Source: Candidatus Levyibacteriota bacterium
GTDB taxonomy: Bacteria; Patescibacteriota; Microgenomatia; Levybacterales; UBA12049
Reading direction: 5' to 3'
Assembly (NCBI GenBank): GCA_043823085.1
Contig: JBDRBE010000004.1
Span: forward strand, 342,780-406,779
Length of the DNA: 64,000 nt
Position numbers and translations under genes: made by a program. How positions within the stretch are numbered: the stretch's first letter is position 1; every line of letters starts with the position of its first letter. Below the pieces are notes generated by a model. The model saw only the letters and a list, made by a program, of their open reading frames with translations. It searched no databases and had not been told where the DNA came from. Below, in pieces: positions 18,754-29,169 of this stretch.

Positions 18754-20433
18754 TTAAGAAAGGTAGTTGAGATCTTTTGTTTTTAATTTTTCTATAGAAT
18801 CCAGTTTATCCTCTTTTAGAATTTTTGCAATATGTCTTCCGCCTGACAAATGCGGTAGGACAACATAATCTGCTCCCGCCTGATAAAGTTTCTTTGCCTC
18901 ATCTAAATCCTGTGAGACCACAATAACCTTTGCCTTTTTATTATTAGCTTTAAGTGCCTGCAAAAGAAGAAGATTATCCTCCGGATCTGTAATCGTTGAT
19001 ATTACAAGTTTTGCAGAAACCAATTGAGCAACTTCCTGAATCTCTAAATCCGTAATATCGCCAAAAAAACTGTCAATGCTTTCATTCCCTAATTTATTAA
19101 TAATGTCCGGATCAAAATCAATCACCACCACCTGATCTCCAAAATCTTTTAGCTCATCTAAAATGCTCTGTCCCATCCGGTGAGCCCCAACCAAAACAAC
19201 ATGATCCTTAAAGATTTTACGCTCTCCTATCTGTTCTTCATGCGCATCTTTTCTTTCGAAAATACTAAGATACCGATTCAACCACTGGTATAGAATATTA
19301 TTTCCTAAAATCATATAGCTTGAAAAAATAAAGGTAATAATACCAACCATTGTAACTAACGCCACTATTTCGTTTGGTATATGACCTAATTTATTTCCCA
19401 TAAAAACAACAATCAAACTAAATTCAGAAATTTGCGCAACAGTCAGTCCCGCAAAAAACGATGTTCTTTTGCGATACCGCAAAAGCCCCATTATGATCAT
19501 CACAATGATAGGATTTCCAATAAGCACAAAGCTTGCTAAGATAAGTGCCGGTAGCCAAATAGCGCCAATGTCTGAAAAAAGCATATTCATACCAAGGAGT
19601 ACAAAAAAAATGGTAATGAAAAAATCTCTCAAAGCTTTTACCCGCGCGGCAATTTGAAAGTTCTCACTGGAGTTGGCAAGTGCAAGTCCGGCCAAAAATC
19701 CTCCGATCTCAATCGAAAACCCAAACGGTGCAGAACTAACCAATGCAGTGACAAAAAATGCCCAAGCAATACTAAACAAAAATAAAGTTTCCGGAAATTT
19801 TGCAATTAGATCGGTAAACCTTGGAAAAATTTTTCGGCTTAGATAAATAATCGTCACAAATAATAACAAACCTTTCAGCAGAATCAAACCAAAATCAAAA
19901 AGTGAAATTGATACTCCATTTGTCTGGCTAAAACCGGAAAGAATCATAAGAATTAGAATTGCCACAAAATCCTGAACCAGTAAAAATCCAATCGATATCT
20001 TTCCATACAAACTGTTTAGGTCTTTTTTGTCTGAAAGAAGTTTGACGATGATAATCGTGCTTGAAAAAGTAAGTGCAACAGCAATATATAAGGCGGGAAG
20101 GGAAGAAAATCCAAGCAAAAGCGCAATTGTATATCCAATTATCGAGGTAAAGATAATCTGCGTAATCCCGGTAATAATGGCGATCTTTCCGACAGAGCGA
20201 AGCTCGTTGAATTTAAGTTCTAAACCAACCATAAACAAAAGAAATGTAATTCCCAGCTCAGCCAAAACGCGAAATATCTCTTGATTCCCAAACTGGAGTT
20301 GTCCAAAAGGACCTACAATAATACCGGTGAGAATGTAAGCTAGAATTGTTGGTTGCTTGAGAAGCCGAAAAACTACCGAAAGCAAAGAAGCCAAACAAAT
20401 AATAATGGTTATCTCAAAAAAAATACCGCCCAC
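18754..20433 (-). CDS. CPA2 cation:proton antiporter with RCK/TrkA-N domain
   Basis: FSSTIIIVK, LVQD, QISEFS; C-terminal VVLVGAHRMG, GADYVV. Confidence 0.92.
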   Translation of the reverse strand: MGGIFFEITIIICLASLLSVVFRLLKQPTILAYILTGIIVGPFGQLQFGNQEIFRVLAELGITFLLFMVGLELKFNELRSVGKIAIITGITQIIFTSIIGYTIALLLGFSSLPALYIAVALTFSSTIIIVKLLSDKKDLNSLYGKISIGFLLVQDFVAILILMILSGFSQTNGVSISLFDFGLILLKGLLLFVTIIYLSRKIFPRFTDLIAKFPETLFLFSIAWAFFVTALVSSAPFGFSIEIGGFLAGLALANSSENFQIAARVKALRDFFITIFFVLLGMNMLFSDIGAIWLPALILASFVLIGNPIIVMIIMGLLRYRKRTSFFAGLTVAQISEFSLIVVFMGNKLGHIPNEIVALVTMVGIITFIFSSYMILGNNILYQWLNRYLSIFERKDAHEEQIGERKIFKDHVVLVGAHRMGQSILDELKDFGDQVVVIDFDPDIINKLGNESIDSFFGDITDLEIQEVAQLVSAKLVISTITDPEDNLLLLQALKANNKKAKVIVVSQDLDEAKKLYQAGADYVVLPHLSGGRHIAKILKEDKLDSIEKLKTKDLNYLS

Positions 20434-20475
20434 ATATTAAGACTAACATTTTTTATTAACTTATTTCAACAAGGA

Positions 20476-21630
20476 TTACTGGTTTGGGGCGGATTCGAAG
20501 GTTACCTTAACTTCTATTGTTTTTTCGTCTCTCCAAAGAGTAATTGTCGAACTATCCCCAACTTTCTTTTTTGCAATAACTGCAGAAATTTCAGTTGTCC
20601 CGGCAATTCTTTGATTATCGATTTTAGTAATAATGTCAGTACTTTTTATTCCGCCCTTATCTGCCGGTGAATTTGCAATAACTTTTTGCACATATGCTCC
20701 CTCAGGTAAATTATTCATCACTGCCAAATCGCGGCTAATCATTTTATACGTTACACCAAGATAAGGCCTGTTGAATTGACCGGTTTTATTAAAATTATCA
20801 AGAGAATCTTTAACTACATTTATCGGAAGAGCAAAACCAATATTTTGTCCATTACTTGCAACCGCAGTATTTATACCAATAACTTGAGCGCTGGAATTAA
20901 GAAGAGGCCCGCCGGAATTTCCCGGATTTATTGCCGCATTTGTTTGGATTACATTATCAAGCTTTTCAACATAGCCTTGAAATTGATCTCCTGCAGTAAT
21001 TCCCCTGCCAAGTCCCGAAATTACTCCGGTTGTCACAGTATTTCTAAATTCTCCAAGCGCTGTTCCTATGGCAATTGCAAACTGTCCAACCTGAAGACGC
21101 GAAGAATCCCCCATTGTAATGGGCTTTAAATCTGCGCCGGGATTTTGGGACGGATCAATTTTTAAAATTGCTATATCATTTAACGGATCGCGGTAAATTT
21201 TTTGAACATCATATTTTTTATCATTGCTTGTAATAATCTGATATTTTCCACCGATATCTGAAACAACATGTTTATTAGTTACTACCAGCCCATCCGAAGT
21301 CACAATAAAACCTGAGCCGATATTTTGCGGCTGGGGCGTTTGCTGTTGGTTTTGATCAGGAATCCCAAAAATCGAAAACGGTCCAAAGTCAAAAAAGGAA
21401 GAAGAAGCAACAAGTGAAATTTCTTCCGAAACTGTTACAACCGACGGTCCAACTTTCTTTACCGCGTCTATCACAACCGATTCTTCCGTTACAACTTTTA
21501 CTTTTTCACTTTGAAGAGCCAATGGCTGATTTTTTAGAATGTTTAGGACCGAAGTTCCGTATTTATCTGCGGCATTAAAAACTATAAGCGCAATGACTAA
21601 TATTAAAACTAAAATAATAAGTTTTCTCAT
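20476..21630 (-). CDS. HtrA/DegP-like serine protease with PDZ
   Basis: TNKHVV, DIAILKI, NPGNSGGPL, PDZ domain. Confidence 0.95.
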   Translation of the reverse strand: MRKLIILVLILVIALIVFNAADKYGTSVLNILKNQPLALQSEKVKVVTEESVVIDAVKKVGPSVVTVSEEISLVASSSFFDFGPFSIFGIPDQNQQQTPQPQNIGSGFIVTSDGLVVTNKHVVSDIGGKYQIITSNDKKYDVQKIYRDPLNDIAILKIDPSQNPGADLKPITMGDSSRLQVGQFAIAIGTALGEFRNTVTTGVISGLGRGITAGDQFQGYVEKLDNVIQTNAAINPGNSGGPLLNSSAQVIGINTAVASNGQNIGFALPINVVKDSLDNFNKTGQFNRPYLGVTYKMISRDLAVMNNLPEGAYVQKVIANSPADKGGIKSTDIITKIDNQRIAGTTEISAVIAKKKVGDSSTITLWRDEKTIEVKVTFESAPNQ

Positions 21631-21648
21631 AGTTAACGCTTTTAGAAA

Positions 21649-21801
21649 GCGCGGGAAGGCACAAAATTTTCGCAGTTCGCATTTCGAGCTAACAACTTTT
21701 GATACGAATTTTTAAAACCCCCAGAGTATTATTTTGCTTTGAATTAAATCAAAACTGTTGCGAGCTGCGGAACAAGAAAACTTTTGTGCCGACCTCAGCG
21801 C
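21649..21801. repeat. About 150-bp MITE-like long hairpin, subfamily A
   Basis: Left arm gcgggaaggcacaaaattttcgcagttcgca, right arm tgcggaacaagaaaacttttgtgccgacc; copies at 36032-36180 and 48401-48525. Confidence 0.88.
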
Positions 21802-21808
21802 GACATCA

Positions 21809-23065
21809 CTATTTTATCAATTCCAAAACTGCCTTTTCAAGCTGTGTATCATGCGTTATATCTTTTTCGTCCGCAGAAACTGCGATATCCGGCGTCAATC
21901 CTTTTCCGTTAACCCAAGTTCCATTTGGCGTCAGCCATTTGGCAATTGTTACATGGAGTCCGGCCCCGTTTCCCAAATCTTCTGCCTGCTGAATTGTTCC
22001 CTTGCCAAACGAAGTTTCTCCAATTAATTTTGCCCGTTTGTAATCAGACATTGCTCCCGCGACAATTTCCGACGCCGAAGCGCTTCCTTTATTTATCAAA
22101 ACCGCCAATGGAACATTTGTCAAAAGTCCTTTTCTTGAAACTGCAAAAGGAGTTTTATTATCATTTCCTTTATCCTGAATTACAACTGTTCCGCTTTTTA
22201 TAAATTCCGAAGCAATAAATGTTGCATCAGTCAAATACCCTCCCGGATTATTTCGTAAATCCAAAATCACTCCTTTAATACTTTTGTCCTCATTCAATTT
22301 AAGCGATAAATTATTCGCCAGAGACAGCCATTCCTGGTTTGTATTATCGCCAAATTGCGACAATCGAATGTAAGCTATCTTACTTTCGGCAAATTTTTGG
22401 TCAAGCTTAATTCCGGCAATTTCGGAAACTTTTTTAATCCACATCGTCACGCTTTTTACAACAATTACATCTCTTGTTATTTTAATATCAACCGCCTTTT
22501 CGGAATTTTTATGTAAAATTGATAAAACAACCTGCGTACCTTTTGGTCCTCTTATTTTTTCTACAGCTTGAGAAAGAGTCCAACCGGCTGTTTGTTTGCC
22601 ATCAACTTTAAGAATTGCATCTCCAGCTTTTATCCCCGAATTTTGGGCAGGGGTACCGTCAAGGGGCGAAATCACAATTATTTGCTTATCTTTTAATCCA
22701 AGCTCCGCGCCAATTCCTTGAAATTGTCCTGACAAACCCTCCTTAAAATCAGAGTTTTGAACCGGCGGTAAAAAAACAGTATAAGGATCACCAATGCTTG
22801 AAACCATACCCGAGATAGCACCGTTAAGAAGTTTTTTTGGATCAATTATTGTTTTATCGTAATATAAAGTATTTAATTTATCGAAAACTGACCAGAAAAG
22901 TGTAAAATCAACCGAGGAATCTGCGGTGGGCGGCTCGCGGTTTATAACCGTAACCTTTGGTTTAAAATTTTTCCACTCAAGAGAAACTTTGGAAACGCCA
23001 ATATAATAACCTAAAAAAGCGGATATTAAAGCAATGACAACAATTTGCAGAAATTTTGGCTTCAT
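21809..23065 (-). CDS. C-terminal processing protease (S41, CtpA/Prc)
   Basis: DPYT, PDZ, DLRNNPGG, SASASEI, TSFGKG. Confidence 0.95.
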   Translation of the reverse strand: MKPKFLQIVVIALISAFLGYYIGVSKVSLEWKNFKPKVTVINREPPTADSSVDFTLFWSVFDKLNTLYYDKTIIDPKKLLNGAISGMVSSIGDPYTVFLPPVQNSDFKEGLSGQFQGIGAELGLKDKQIIVISPLDGTPAQNSGIKAGDAILKVDGKQTAGWTLSQAVEKIRGPKGTQVVLSILHKNSEKAVDIKITRDVIVVKSVTMWIKKVSEIAGIKLDQKFAESKIAYIRLSQFGDNTNQEWLSLANNLSLKLNEDKSIKGVILDLRNNPGGYLTDATFIASEFIKSGTVVIQDKGNDNKTPFAVSRKGLLTNVPLAVLINKGSASASEIVAGAMSDYKRAKLIGETSFGKGTIQQAEDLGNGAGLHVTIAKWLTPNGTWVNGKGLTPDIAVSADEKDITHDTQLEKAVLELIK

Positions 23066-23074
23066 TAAAAGAAT

Positions 23075-23305
23075 TTATCTGTTTGCGATAAATGGCAAAA
23101 GCGCAAGGAATCTTGCGTGTTTAATGGTAAAAGTTAGAACCCTTTGATGTTTTGAACAAAGTCCGTTTCGGCTTCTTGGCACAATCTTTCCTCTCTCGGT
23201 TAGATACCTGCGCAAAGTTTCAATTTCGCCATAAAAAGGCTCTTTTTTTTCCTTACAGAAATAACAATTTTTTGGTACAACTATTTTTTTTTGTAATCGT
23301 CTCAT
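23075..23305 (-). CDS. rpsR: 30S ribosomal protein S18
   Basis: CYFC, TERGKIVPR, KHQR, ARFLALLPF; ATG 23305. Confidence 0.95.
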   Translation of the reverse strand: MRRLQKKIVVPKNCYFCKEKKEPFYGEIETLRRYLTERGKIVPRSRNGLCSKHQRVLTFTIKHARFLALLPFIANR

Positions 23306-23306
23306 G

Positions 23307-23795
23307 TTAGAAAGGAATATCGTCTGGAGACACCTCTTCTTCCGGCTCTGCAGATTCAACCTTGGCTTTTTCTTCTTTTTTAGCGCTGACTTTTTTAGAC
23401 TCTTTCTTTTCTTCCGCTGGTTCTTTTGAAACTTCACTGCTTCTTGCCTCTTCTCCTACTCTTTTGGAGTCAAGCAGAAGCATATCGTCAATAACTACTT
23501 CCGTAATAGTTTTTTGCGTACCGTCCTGTGCTTGCCAGGATCTTGTCGAAAGCCTTCCCTCAACATAAACTTTTCGCCCCTTTACTAAAAATTGACTGCA
23601 AATCTCTGCTAATTTATTCCAGGAAACAATTCTGTGAAATTCCGTGTCTTCTTTTTTTTCGCCGGTATCTGTCGTCCAACTTCTATTGGTTGCAATACCG
23701 AAAGAACAAACTGCTGTTCCGTTTGCCGTATAGCGCAACTCCGGATCGCGGGTCATATTCCCAATCAACTGTACTCTATTTAAACTTCGTGCCAT
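23307..23795 (-). CDS. ssb: Single-stranded DNA-binding protein
   Basis: MARSLNRVQLIGN..RDPELR; acidic tail DDIPF. Confidence 0.97.
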   Translation of the reverse strand: MARSLNRVQLIGNMTRDPELRYTANGTAVCSFGIATNRSWTTDTGEKKEDTEFHRIVSWNKLAEICSQFLVKGRKVYVEGRLSTRSWQAQDGTQKTITEVVIDDMLLLDSKRVGEEARSSEVSKEPAEEKKESKKVSAKKEEKAKVESAEPEEEVSPDDIPF

Positions 23796-23799
23796 ATCC

Positions 23800-23955
23800 T
23801 TTTGGATTTCTTGACGTTGGATATTCTTGATATTCTTGACCTTGACGTTTTTGACTTTTTGATATCTTGAAATCAAGAATTCAATTCTTCAATTCGTCAG
23901 CTGACGAATCAAGATCAAAAATATCGCACTTCCAACTTCTAGATATCTAATTTCA
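23800..23955. repeat. Intergenic repeat with central palindrome TTCGTCAGCTGACGAA
   Basis: Same core at about 42196, 43598 and 48832. Confidence 0.85.
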
Positions 23956-24231
23956 CTATTTTTTCCTAATCAATAACGACCTTAAAACTCCTTCTTGATT
24001 CAAAATTTTCTTTTCAAAATCCTGCGGGATTGAATCTCCTTCTAGCGATAAGTGATAATAAAATCCGCTTTTTTCTCTTTTTATCGGATAGCTCAAAACT
24101 TTCTCGCCCCATTCTTCTTCCTTTGTAACTTTTATTTTCCCAAGCCAGGATTTTATTGTTTCAAGTAGTTTTTTTCGGGCGTTTTCGGCCATTGAACTGT
24201 TAAAAATCACGGCTAAATTGTATGTTCGCAT
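23956..24231 (-). CDS. rpsF: 30S ribosomal protein S6
   Basis: EEWGEKVLSYPIK, GFY, VLRSLL; rpsF-ssb-rpsR order. Confidence 0.93.
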   Translation of the reverse strand: MRTYNLAVIFNSSMAENARKKLLETIKSWLGKIKVTKEEEWGEKVLSYPIKREKSGFYYHLSLEGDSIPQDFEKKILNQEGVLRSLLIRKK

Positions 24232-24270
24232 AGTTTTTTAATACTATCATATTCAAAAACGAAAAAGCAA

Positions 24271-24338
24271 GCCCCGTATAAGCGCTCCTTCGACGCGAGG
24301 ATGTAAACCTCGAGAGAAGGTAAGCTTTGTACGGGGCA
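24271..24338. repeat. Intergenic imperfect hairpin
   Basis: gccccgtata..ccttc..cgagg / cctcg..gaagg..tgtacggggc. Confidence 0.6.
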
Positions 24339-24460
24339 AGCACTATTGCAGACTGTATTGCAAACTGTTATTGACAAACATACCTATACCTTTATACACT
24401 GTAAACAAGAAAGAAATTGCCCCCTTAAAAATTAAGGGGATGTTTTTGGTGAATTAACAT

Positions 24461-25705
24461 ATGAGGCGTTTCTCAAGAGCTCAAATTTTAGCTATTATTA
24501 CCACCATTATCATTGTTGGAGCTATTCCTCTCACCGTCTTTCTCGCCCGCCAACAGCAGGAAATAAGACAAAGAGCCTCCGGAAGAGAAAATGCACACTG
24601 CAACACTGGTGATACTAATTTTCCAGGCGGATATGATTATGTTGCCGGCGGACTTGATACTTATGTCCTTGCTTCTAATGGCGCTTGCAACGAAACAGGC
24701 GCAATTCCAGGAGTCCTTGTGCATGCCGAAGCCCTTCATAATGGTCCATGCGATAGAAACAATGAAGCAAATGATTTTCCTGGTTGTACAACTAGAGAGT
24801 TCATTCCACGGACGGAAATTGATGGGGAAGGATGCGGAATGAGTGGGAATGGCAGAACTGATATACATGGAGAAACCTATCTTTTTCCTCTTAATTGCGG
24901 GCACAATAATTTTCGAATCTCCGTTATAATTTCCCCAGATTATAAATTTACAGGATGGAATATTAACGGCGGGACATGTAGCACCACTGAATTAAGTCAG
25001 GCAGAAATAGAAGTACTAAATGGCGGCGATAAAATTTTGAGAATTTTTTATCAGCCGCCGACTGCACCAACTCCAACTCCTCCAACAGCAACTGCCACCG
25101 TCACTCCTCCAACAGCAACTGCCACCCCAACAAAAACCCCTACTCCAACGCCGACTGGAGTCCTCCCAACAGCGACTCCAACGAAAACTCCTACTCCTCC
25201 AACAACTGCAACTGTGACGCCGCCGGTTTATCCAACTCCCGAACCTTTCTATGTCTCTTTCGTCTGTAACAATTGTCAAGCAGCCCAAGTTCCGACTGCA
25301 ACGCCAACGCCTACAATAGCTGTAACTTCGCCCTCTTACTATCCACCGCTACCTCCAGCTACAGCTTGGCCGAGTGCCACACGTGTTCCAACAGTAACTC
25401 GTACTCCAACGCCAACACCGACGCGCACGCCAACACCGACGCCAACTCGTGGTCCAACGCCAACACCGACGCGCACGCCAACACCCGGCCCGACCGGCAC
25501 GCCAAGGCCGTCTTACTTTGTTGTAATTACAACAAAACCAACAATAGTTATAACAAGTAAAGTTGGCGGCCCAACTCAAGCTGCTCAAGGAGGAAGTCCT
25601 GCGCCAACTCTGCCGCCGACAGGAAGCATTAGTACACCTGTTGCCATAGGAATTGGCGGAATTATCTCTGTTATAATAGGAAGTATTATTTTCTTATTGT
25701 TATAA
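24461..25705 (+). CDS. Pro/Thr-rich surface protein with N-terminal TM, QQQEIRQRA motif and C-terminal LPPTG plus TM
   Basis: PT repeats, Cys-containing domain, LPxTG-like signal. Confidence 0.8.
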   Translation: MRRFSRAQILAIITTIIIVGAIPLTVFLARQQQEIRQRASGRENAHCNTGDTNFPGGYDYVAGGLDTYVLASNGACNETGAIPGVLVHAEALHNGPCDRNNEANDFPGCTTREFIPRTEIDGEGCGMSGNGRTDIHGETYLFPLNCGHNNFRISVIISPDYKFTGWNINGGTCSTTELSQAEIEVLNGGDKILRIFYQPPTAPTPTPPTATATVTPPTATATPTKTPTPTPTGVLPTATPTKTPTPPTTATVTPPVYPTPEPFYVSFVCNNCQAAQVPTATPTPTIAVTSPSYYPPLPPATAWPSATRVPTVTRTPTPTPTRTPTPTPTRGPTPTPTRTPTPGPTGTPRPSYFVVITTKPTIVITSKVGGPTQAAQGGSPAPTLPPTGSISTPVAIGIGGIISVIIGSIIFLLL

Positions 25706-25759
25706 ACAAGTTTGAAAGCTCGCTTGAAAACTTTGTTTTCAAGCTTCGCTTATAAAATT

Positions 25760-26482
25760 ATGAAATTACGATCAAAAAAAGGTATTTTTTCAATTTTTAT
25801 TCTTCTGCTTTTAATTGGCGGCGTGGCGCTAACGGTTTATCAAGCAAGAAAACCCCAGGAAATTCGCCAAAGAGCTCAAGAAGCCCAACCATGCACAAAA
25901 GGAACGGTCGTTTGCCAATGGAACCCCCAAACTCTCCCCTCCGGCATTACTTCCTCCCAGCTGCTATATAAGTTAGAAATTTTTGATACTGGCGATGATA
26001 AAATTATTGCGTATCAGGATAATAATGTTAGCTATAGCACCACCTCAATAACAAAATCCTACCCTGTAAATTCCTATCCATTCTACGCGGATCATAAATA
26101 TGCCTGCCGGATAACACCAAGATTTGTCATCTCTGGTCAGACCATCCTCGGAAATCCACAAACATCGACCCCTCCACAAGCTATCTGTTCTTCGCAAGCC
26201 GCCACGGCAACCCCGGTTCCCGTAATTGGTGCTCCAACCGTCACTCCCGTGGCCGTCGCGACCGGCACGCCAGTACCAGGAAGTGGACAATGCTATGCAG
26301 ACTGTACCACTAACAAAGCTTCATGTTCCTCCCCCTACAAATGTCTTTCTTTTTGCCCAAATGGCAAGTTTTATGGTCCCAACTCTAGCAATTATTGTAG
26401 TTCTGACGTTTTCACATATAAATGCGCCAATGATGGCTGTCCAGACTTCCCCACCTGCGACTGCGGTGGATCCCAAGACTAA
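25760..26482 (+). CDS. Surface protein with pilin-like leader (KKG-IF), QEIRQRA motif and Cys-rich C-terminus
   Basis: ATG 25760; TM; 9 Cys in the C-terminal domain. Confidence 0.72.
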   Translation: MKLRSKKGIFSIFILLLLIGGVALTVYQARKPQEIRQRAQEAQPCTKGTVVCQWNPQTLPSGITSSQLLYKLEIFDTGDDKIIAYQDNNVSYSTTSITKSYPVNSYPFYADHKYACRITPRFVISGQTILGNPQTSTPPQAICSSQAATATPVPVIGAPTVTPVAVATGTPVPGSGQCYADCTTNKASCSSPYKCLSFCPNGKFYGPNSSNYCSSDVFTYKCANDGCPDFPTCDCGGSQD

Positions 26483-26598
26483 ATAAAAATCTTCCTTATC
26501 CTCTTGAATCTTTGACTATGGCGGAAGTGATTAGATCCTCTCAAATCTTGCATTTTCCGCCGAATTTTCGTATCATTATAGGTCAATAAATAGCTCAT

Positions 26599-27237
26599 AT
26601 GATGCTTTCAGAAGTCCTTACAAAAAATGATCATTTACCAGGAACGAAATCTCACAAAGTTGTTACTATATATGAAATGAAACCTCCTAAAACAACAGAT
26701 TGCTCTTTTTTACCTCAAGAACCAGATGAGTATCCCGAAGAAACCAGAAAAAAAATAGTATTTTATACCATGGCCATAAACAAAGTCTTGGATGACCCTG
26801 CCGGAAAACCGCTTCAGCAGGAACAAAAAAATGAATATAAAATGGCGCTGCTTACCTACTGTTTCCATTTAGGTTTAGGCAACCATTCAACATATTCAAT
26901 AACTAGTGATACTGACGATACAGCAAGGGTACTTAATATTGCAAACCTAGAATGTCGGAGACTTTTAGGATCATTGAGAACCCCTCGCCTAGAAAAAGCC
27001 GTAGATGATCTAGAAGGAATAATTATTCCAATTGATACATTTCGGAAAAGAATTGATCACAAGGTTAAATCATTTAAAAAGAATGGGCAAATGCTATCCG
27101 CTGAAGAAATAGCAGAAATCCTCAATATAAGTCTTGATGAGGCAGAAAGAGCTTTTAAGAGAATGAAAAAAAGATCAGAAGGCAGAGGTGGTCGTCACTC
27201 AATTGGAAAACCAAAAGCAACTATCCCCCAATTTTAA
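26599..27237 (+). CDS. Hypothetical protein with C-terminal HTH
   Basis: LSAEEIAEILNISLDEAERAFKR. Confidence 0.65.
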   Translation: MMLSEVLTKNDHLPGTKSHKVVTIYEMKPPKTTDCSFLPQEPDEYPEETRKKIVFYTMAINKVLDDPAGKPLQQEQKNEYKMALLTYCFHLGLGNHSTYSITSDTDDTARVLNIANLECRRLLGSLRTPRLEKAVDDLEGIIIPIDTFRKRIDHKVKSFKKNGQMLSAEEIAEILNISLDEAERAFKRMKKRSEGRGGRHSIGKPKATIPQF

Positions 27238-27301
27238 TCCCTGCTACCCCTAGGGGGTTATCATATTGCAATTTTGACTAAAATATTGTATACTATAAGT
27301 T

Positions 27302-27904
27302 ATGGTTACAGAACTAGCTCCCAAATGTTTGCCAGTAGAAGAACAAATTGCAAGGATAAGGAAAGATTACAAGTTGCCTAGATTGACAGTAACTAATAAT
27401 ACTCTGGAAATTATTGCTAGACTTGTTGTAGCTATTGATAAATTGCCCCATATGTTATCACCAGGAGAGAAACGGGCTCTACTTGTGACAGGCTACTATA
27501 CTCGTGCCGATGATTATCCGGACAATTATTGTCCTTCCGTAGAAGAAGTTGGAAAAACTTTAGGAGTTAATGAGGAAAAAGTTTGGGATTATTTTAAATC
27601 AACGGTCGATAGTAAAACCCTAGGACCAATACTAGAGAATCTTTCGAACGCCGGTAAAACTTATCACCTTAACGGTGATCTTAGAGGTATTGATGCAAGA
27701 GTTTTTGAGATCGTAAAAAATAATCCTCTATTAGGCGTTAAAGAATTAACAAGTCGCTTAAGAGTAAATAAGACAAATTTTGCTAAACTTGAAACAATAA
27801 TACGTTCTCTGAAAAGAATAAAAGAACACCTTGATTGTCACGGGCAAAATTATGATGATCTCCCAATCTTAAACTCAACTACATCCCCGTCTTTTACGAT
27901 ATAA
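27302..27904 (+). CDS. Hypothetical protein with sigma region-4-like HTH
   Basis: LSPGEKRAL...SVEEVGKTLGVNEEKV. Confidence 0.6.
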   Translation: MVTELAPKCLPVEEQIARIRKDYKLPRLTVTNNTLEIIARLVVAIDKLPHMLSPGEKRALLVTGYYTRADDYPDNYCPSVEEVGKTLGVNEEKVWDYFKSTVDSKTLGPILENLSNAGKTYHLNGDLRGIDARVFEIVKNNPLLGVKELTSRLRVNKTNFAKLETIIRSLKRIKEHLDCHGQNYDDLPILNSTTSPSFTI

Positions 27905-28932
27905 TCCCTGCCTTCCATTCTTGCTTTTCCCAATTCTCTCGCTCTCTTCCAGCCGCCTGACTGAACAAAATCATCAAAAAAAACAGCTTCGGCTTTAATA
28001 AAGTTTGCAATAAAATCCGTGTGAATCACTCCCGCCGCCTCAACAGCTTTCATCCCCTTTTGAATAGTCCAGGCTCTAACTTCCTTTTCGCCGGCTGTCA
28101 AGAAAGAAATTAAATTAAGAGTTTCATAGGCCTTTTTAACTAACCTCTCAAGCCCTTGCTCTTTTAGTCCTAACTCCAAAAGATATTCTTTTTGTTCACT
28201 TTCGGATAACTCCGATAATTCCTGTTCTATTTTTGCGCTGATTGCAATTGTGTCTTCTCCGAAATTATTTTTTAAATCACTCTCGTCAACATTGGCAACA
28301 TAAATTATCGGTTTAAAAGTTAAAAGCGCTAAATCTTTGACCAATATTTTTTCTTCGTCATTTAACTTACACTCTCTTGCAAGCTTTCCCTCATCCAATG
28401 TTTTTTTTAATTTTCCAATTGCACTAAATCTGATTATTTCATCTTTGGATGCGATTTTTTTGGGTCCTTGCTGTTTTTCCAGTGTTTGTAAATCAGCCAA
28501 CATAAGTTCTGTATTTACAATTGATTTATCCGATTCCGGATTTGGTTCGCCGCCAACATGAATTACATCTTTGTCTTTAAAATGCCTGACAACTTCACAA
28601 ATTGCATCAACTTCACGTATATGTGATAAAAATTTATTTCCCAAACCCTGCCCTTTGGCCGCTCCTTTCACCAAACCGGCAATATCGACGAACCGAACGG
28701 TAGCCGGTACAACCGGCGGACGTGAGGTCCTGAGCGAAGTCGAAGGATTTCCCGCGACAATATCTGCTAGCACCTCTAACCTTTTATCCGGCACCGGAAC
28801 AATTCCAACATTTGGTTCAATTGTCGCAAAAGGAAAATTCGCTACAAACGCAGCCTGCTTTTTCAACAAAGCATTGAACAATGTACTTTTTCCAACATTC
28901 GGCAACCCAACAATCCCAATTGCTAAAGCCAT
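27850..28932 (-). CDS. ychF: Redox-regulated ATPase YchF
   Basis: GIVGLPNVGKSTLFN, DIAGLV, EVRAWT, GRDYIVKDGD; repeat insert PSTSLRTS. Confidence 0.97.
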   Translation of the reverse strand: MALAIGIVGLPNVGKSTLFNALLKKQAAFVANFPFATIEPNVGIVPVPDKRLEVLADIVAGNPSTSLRTSRPPVVPATVRFVDIAGLVKGAAKGQGLGNKFLSHIREVDAICEVVRHFKDKDVIHVGGEPNPESDKSIVNTELMLADLQTLEKQQGPKKIASKDEIIRFSAIGKLKKTLDEGKLARECKLNDEEKILVKDLALLTFKPIIYVANVDESDLKNNFGEDTIAISAKIEQELSELSESEQKEYLLELGLKEQGLERLVKKAYETLNLISFLTAGEKEVRAWTIQKGMKAVEAAGVIHTDFIANFIKAEAVFFDDFVQSGGWKRARELGKARMEGRDYIVKDGDVVEFKIGRSS

Positions 28933-29169
28933 TTTATAATTTTATCACAAATTATAAATATAAAAAAACTATCCCATAATATTGCTTTTTCTACTTTTTC
29001 GTGGGATAAAAGCGCAAAGGAATACCTTTCTCTCTACAATAAACTTATTGAACCTACGCCTTAAATCTCTTTGATATAGCAGATAAAATATCCCAAAAAC
29101 AACTTTTTCTACAAACAAAAAACTAATTAATTTAAGAAAGCTATTCGGTTCCAAAATCTTCCCCCCTTT

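Noticed and set aside
23305-23876. Long N-terminal extensions of RpsR (120 aa) and SSB (189 aa) in the ORF track
   Set aside because: Artefacts of upstream alternative starts running through overlapping genes or repeats; the same applies to efp, rpmE, WD40, HIT, tsf, proS, gnd and glyA.
25050-25510. Repeated ccaacgccaacaccgacgcgcacg units as a possible CRISPR array or DGR repeat
   Set aside because: They are in-frame Pro/Thr codon repeats with no unique spacers, and no cas or reverse transcriptase gene is present.
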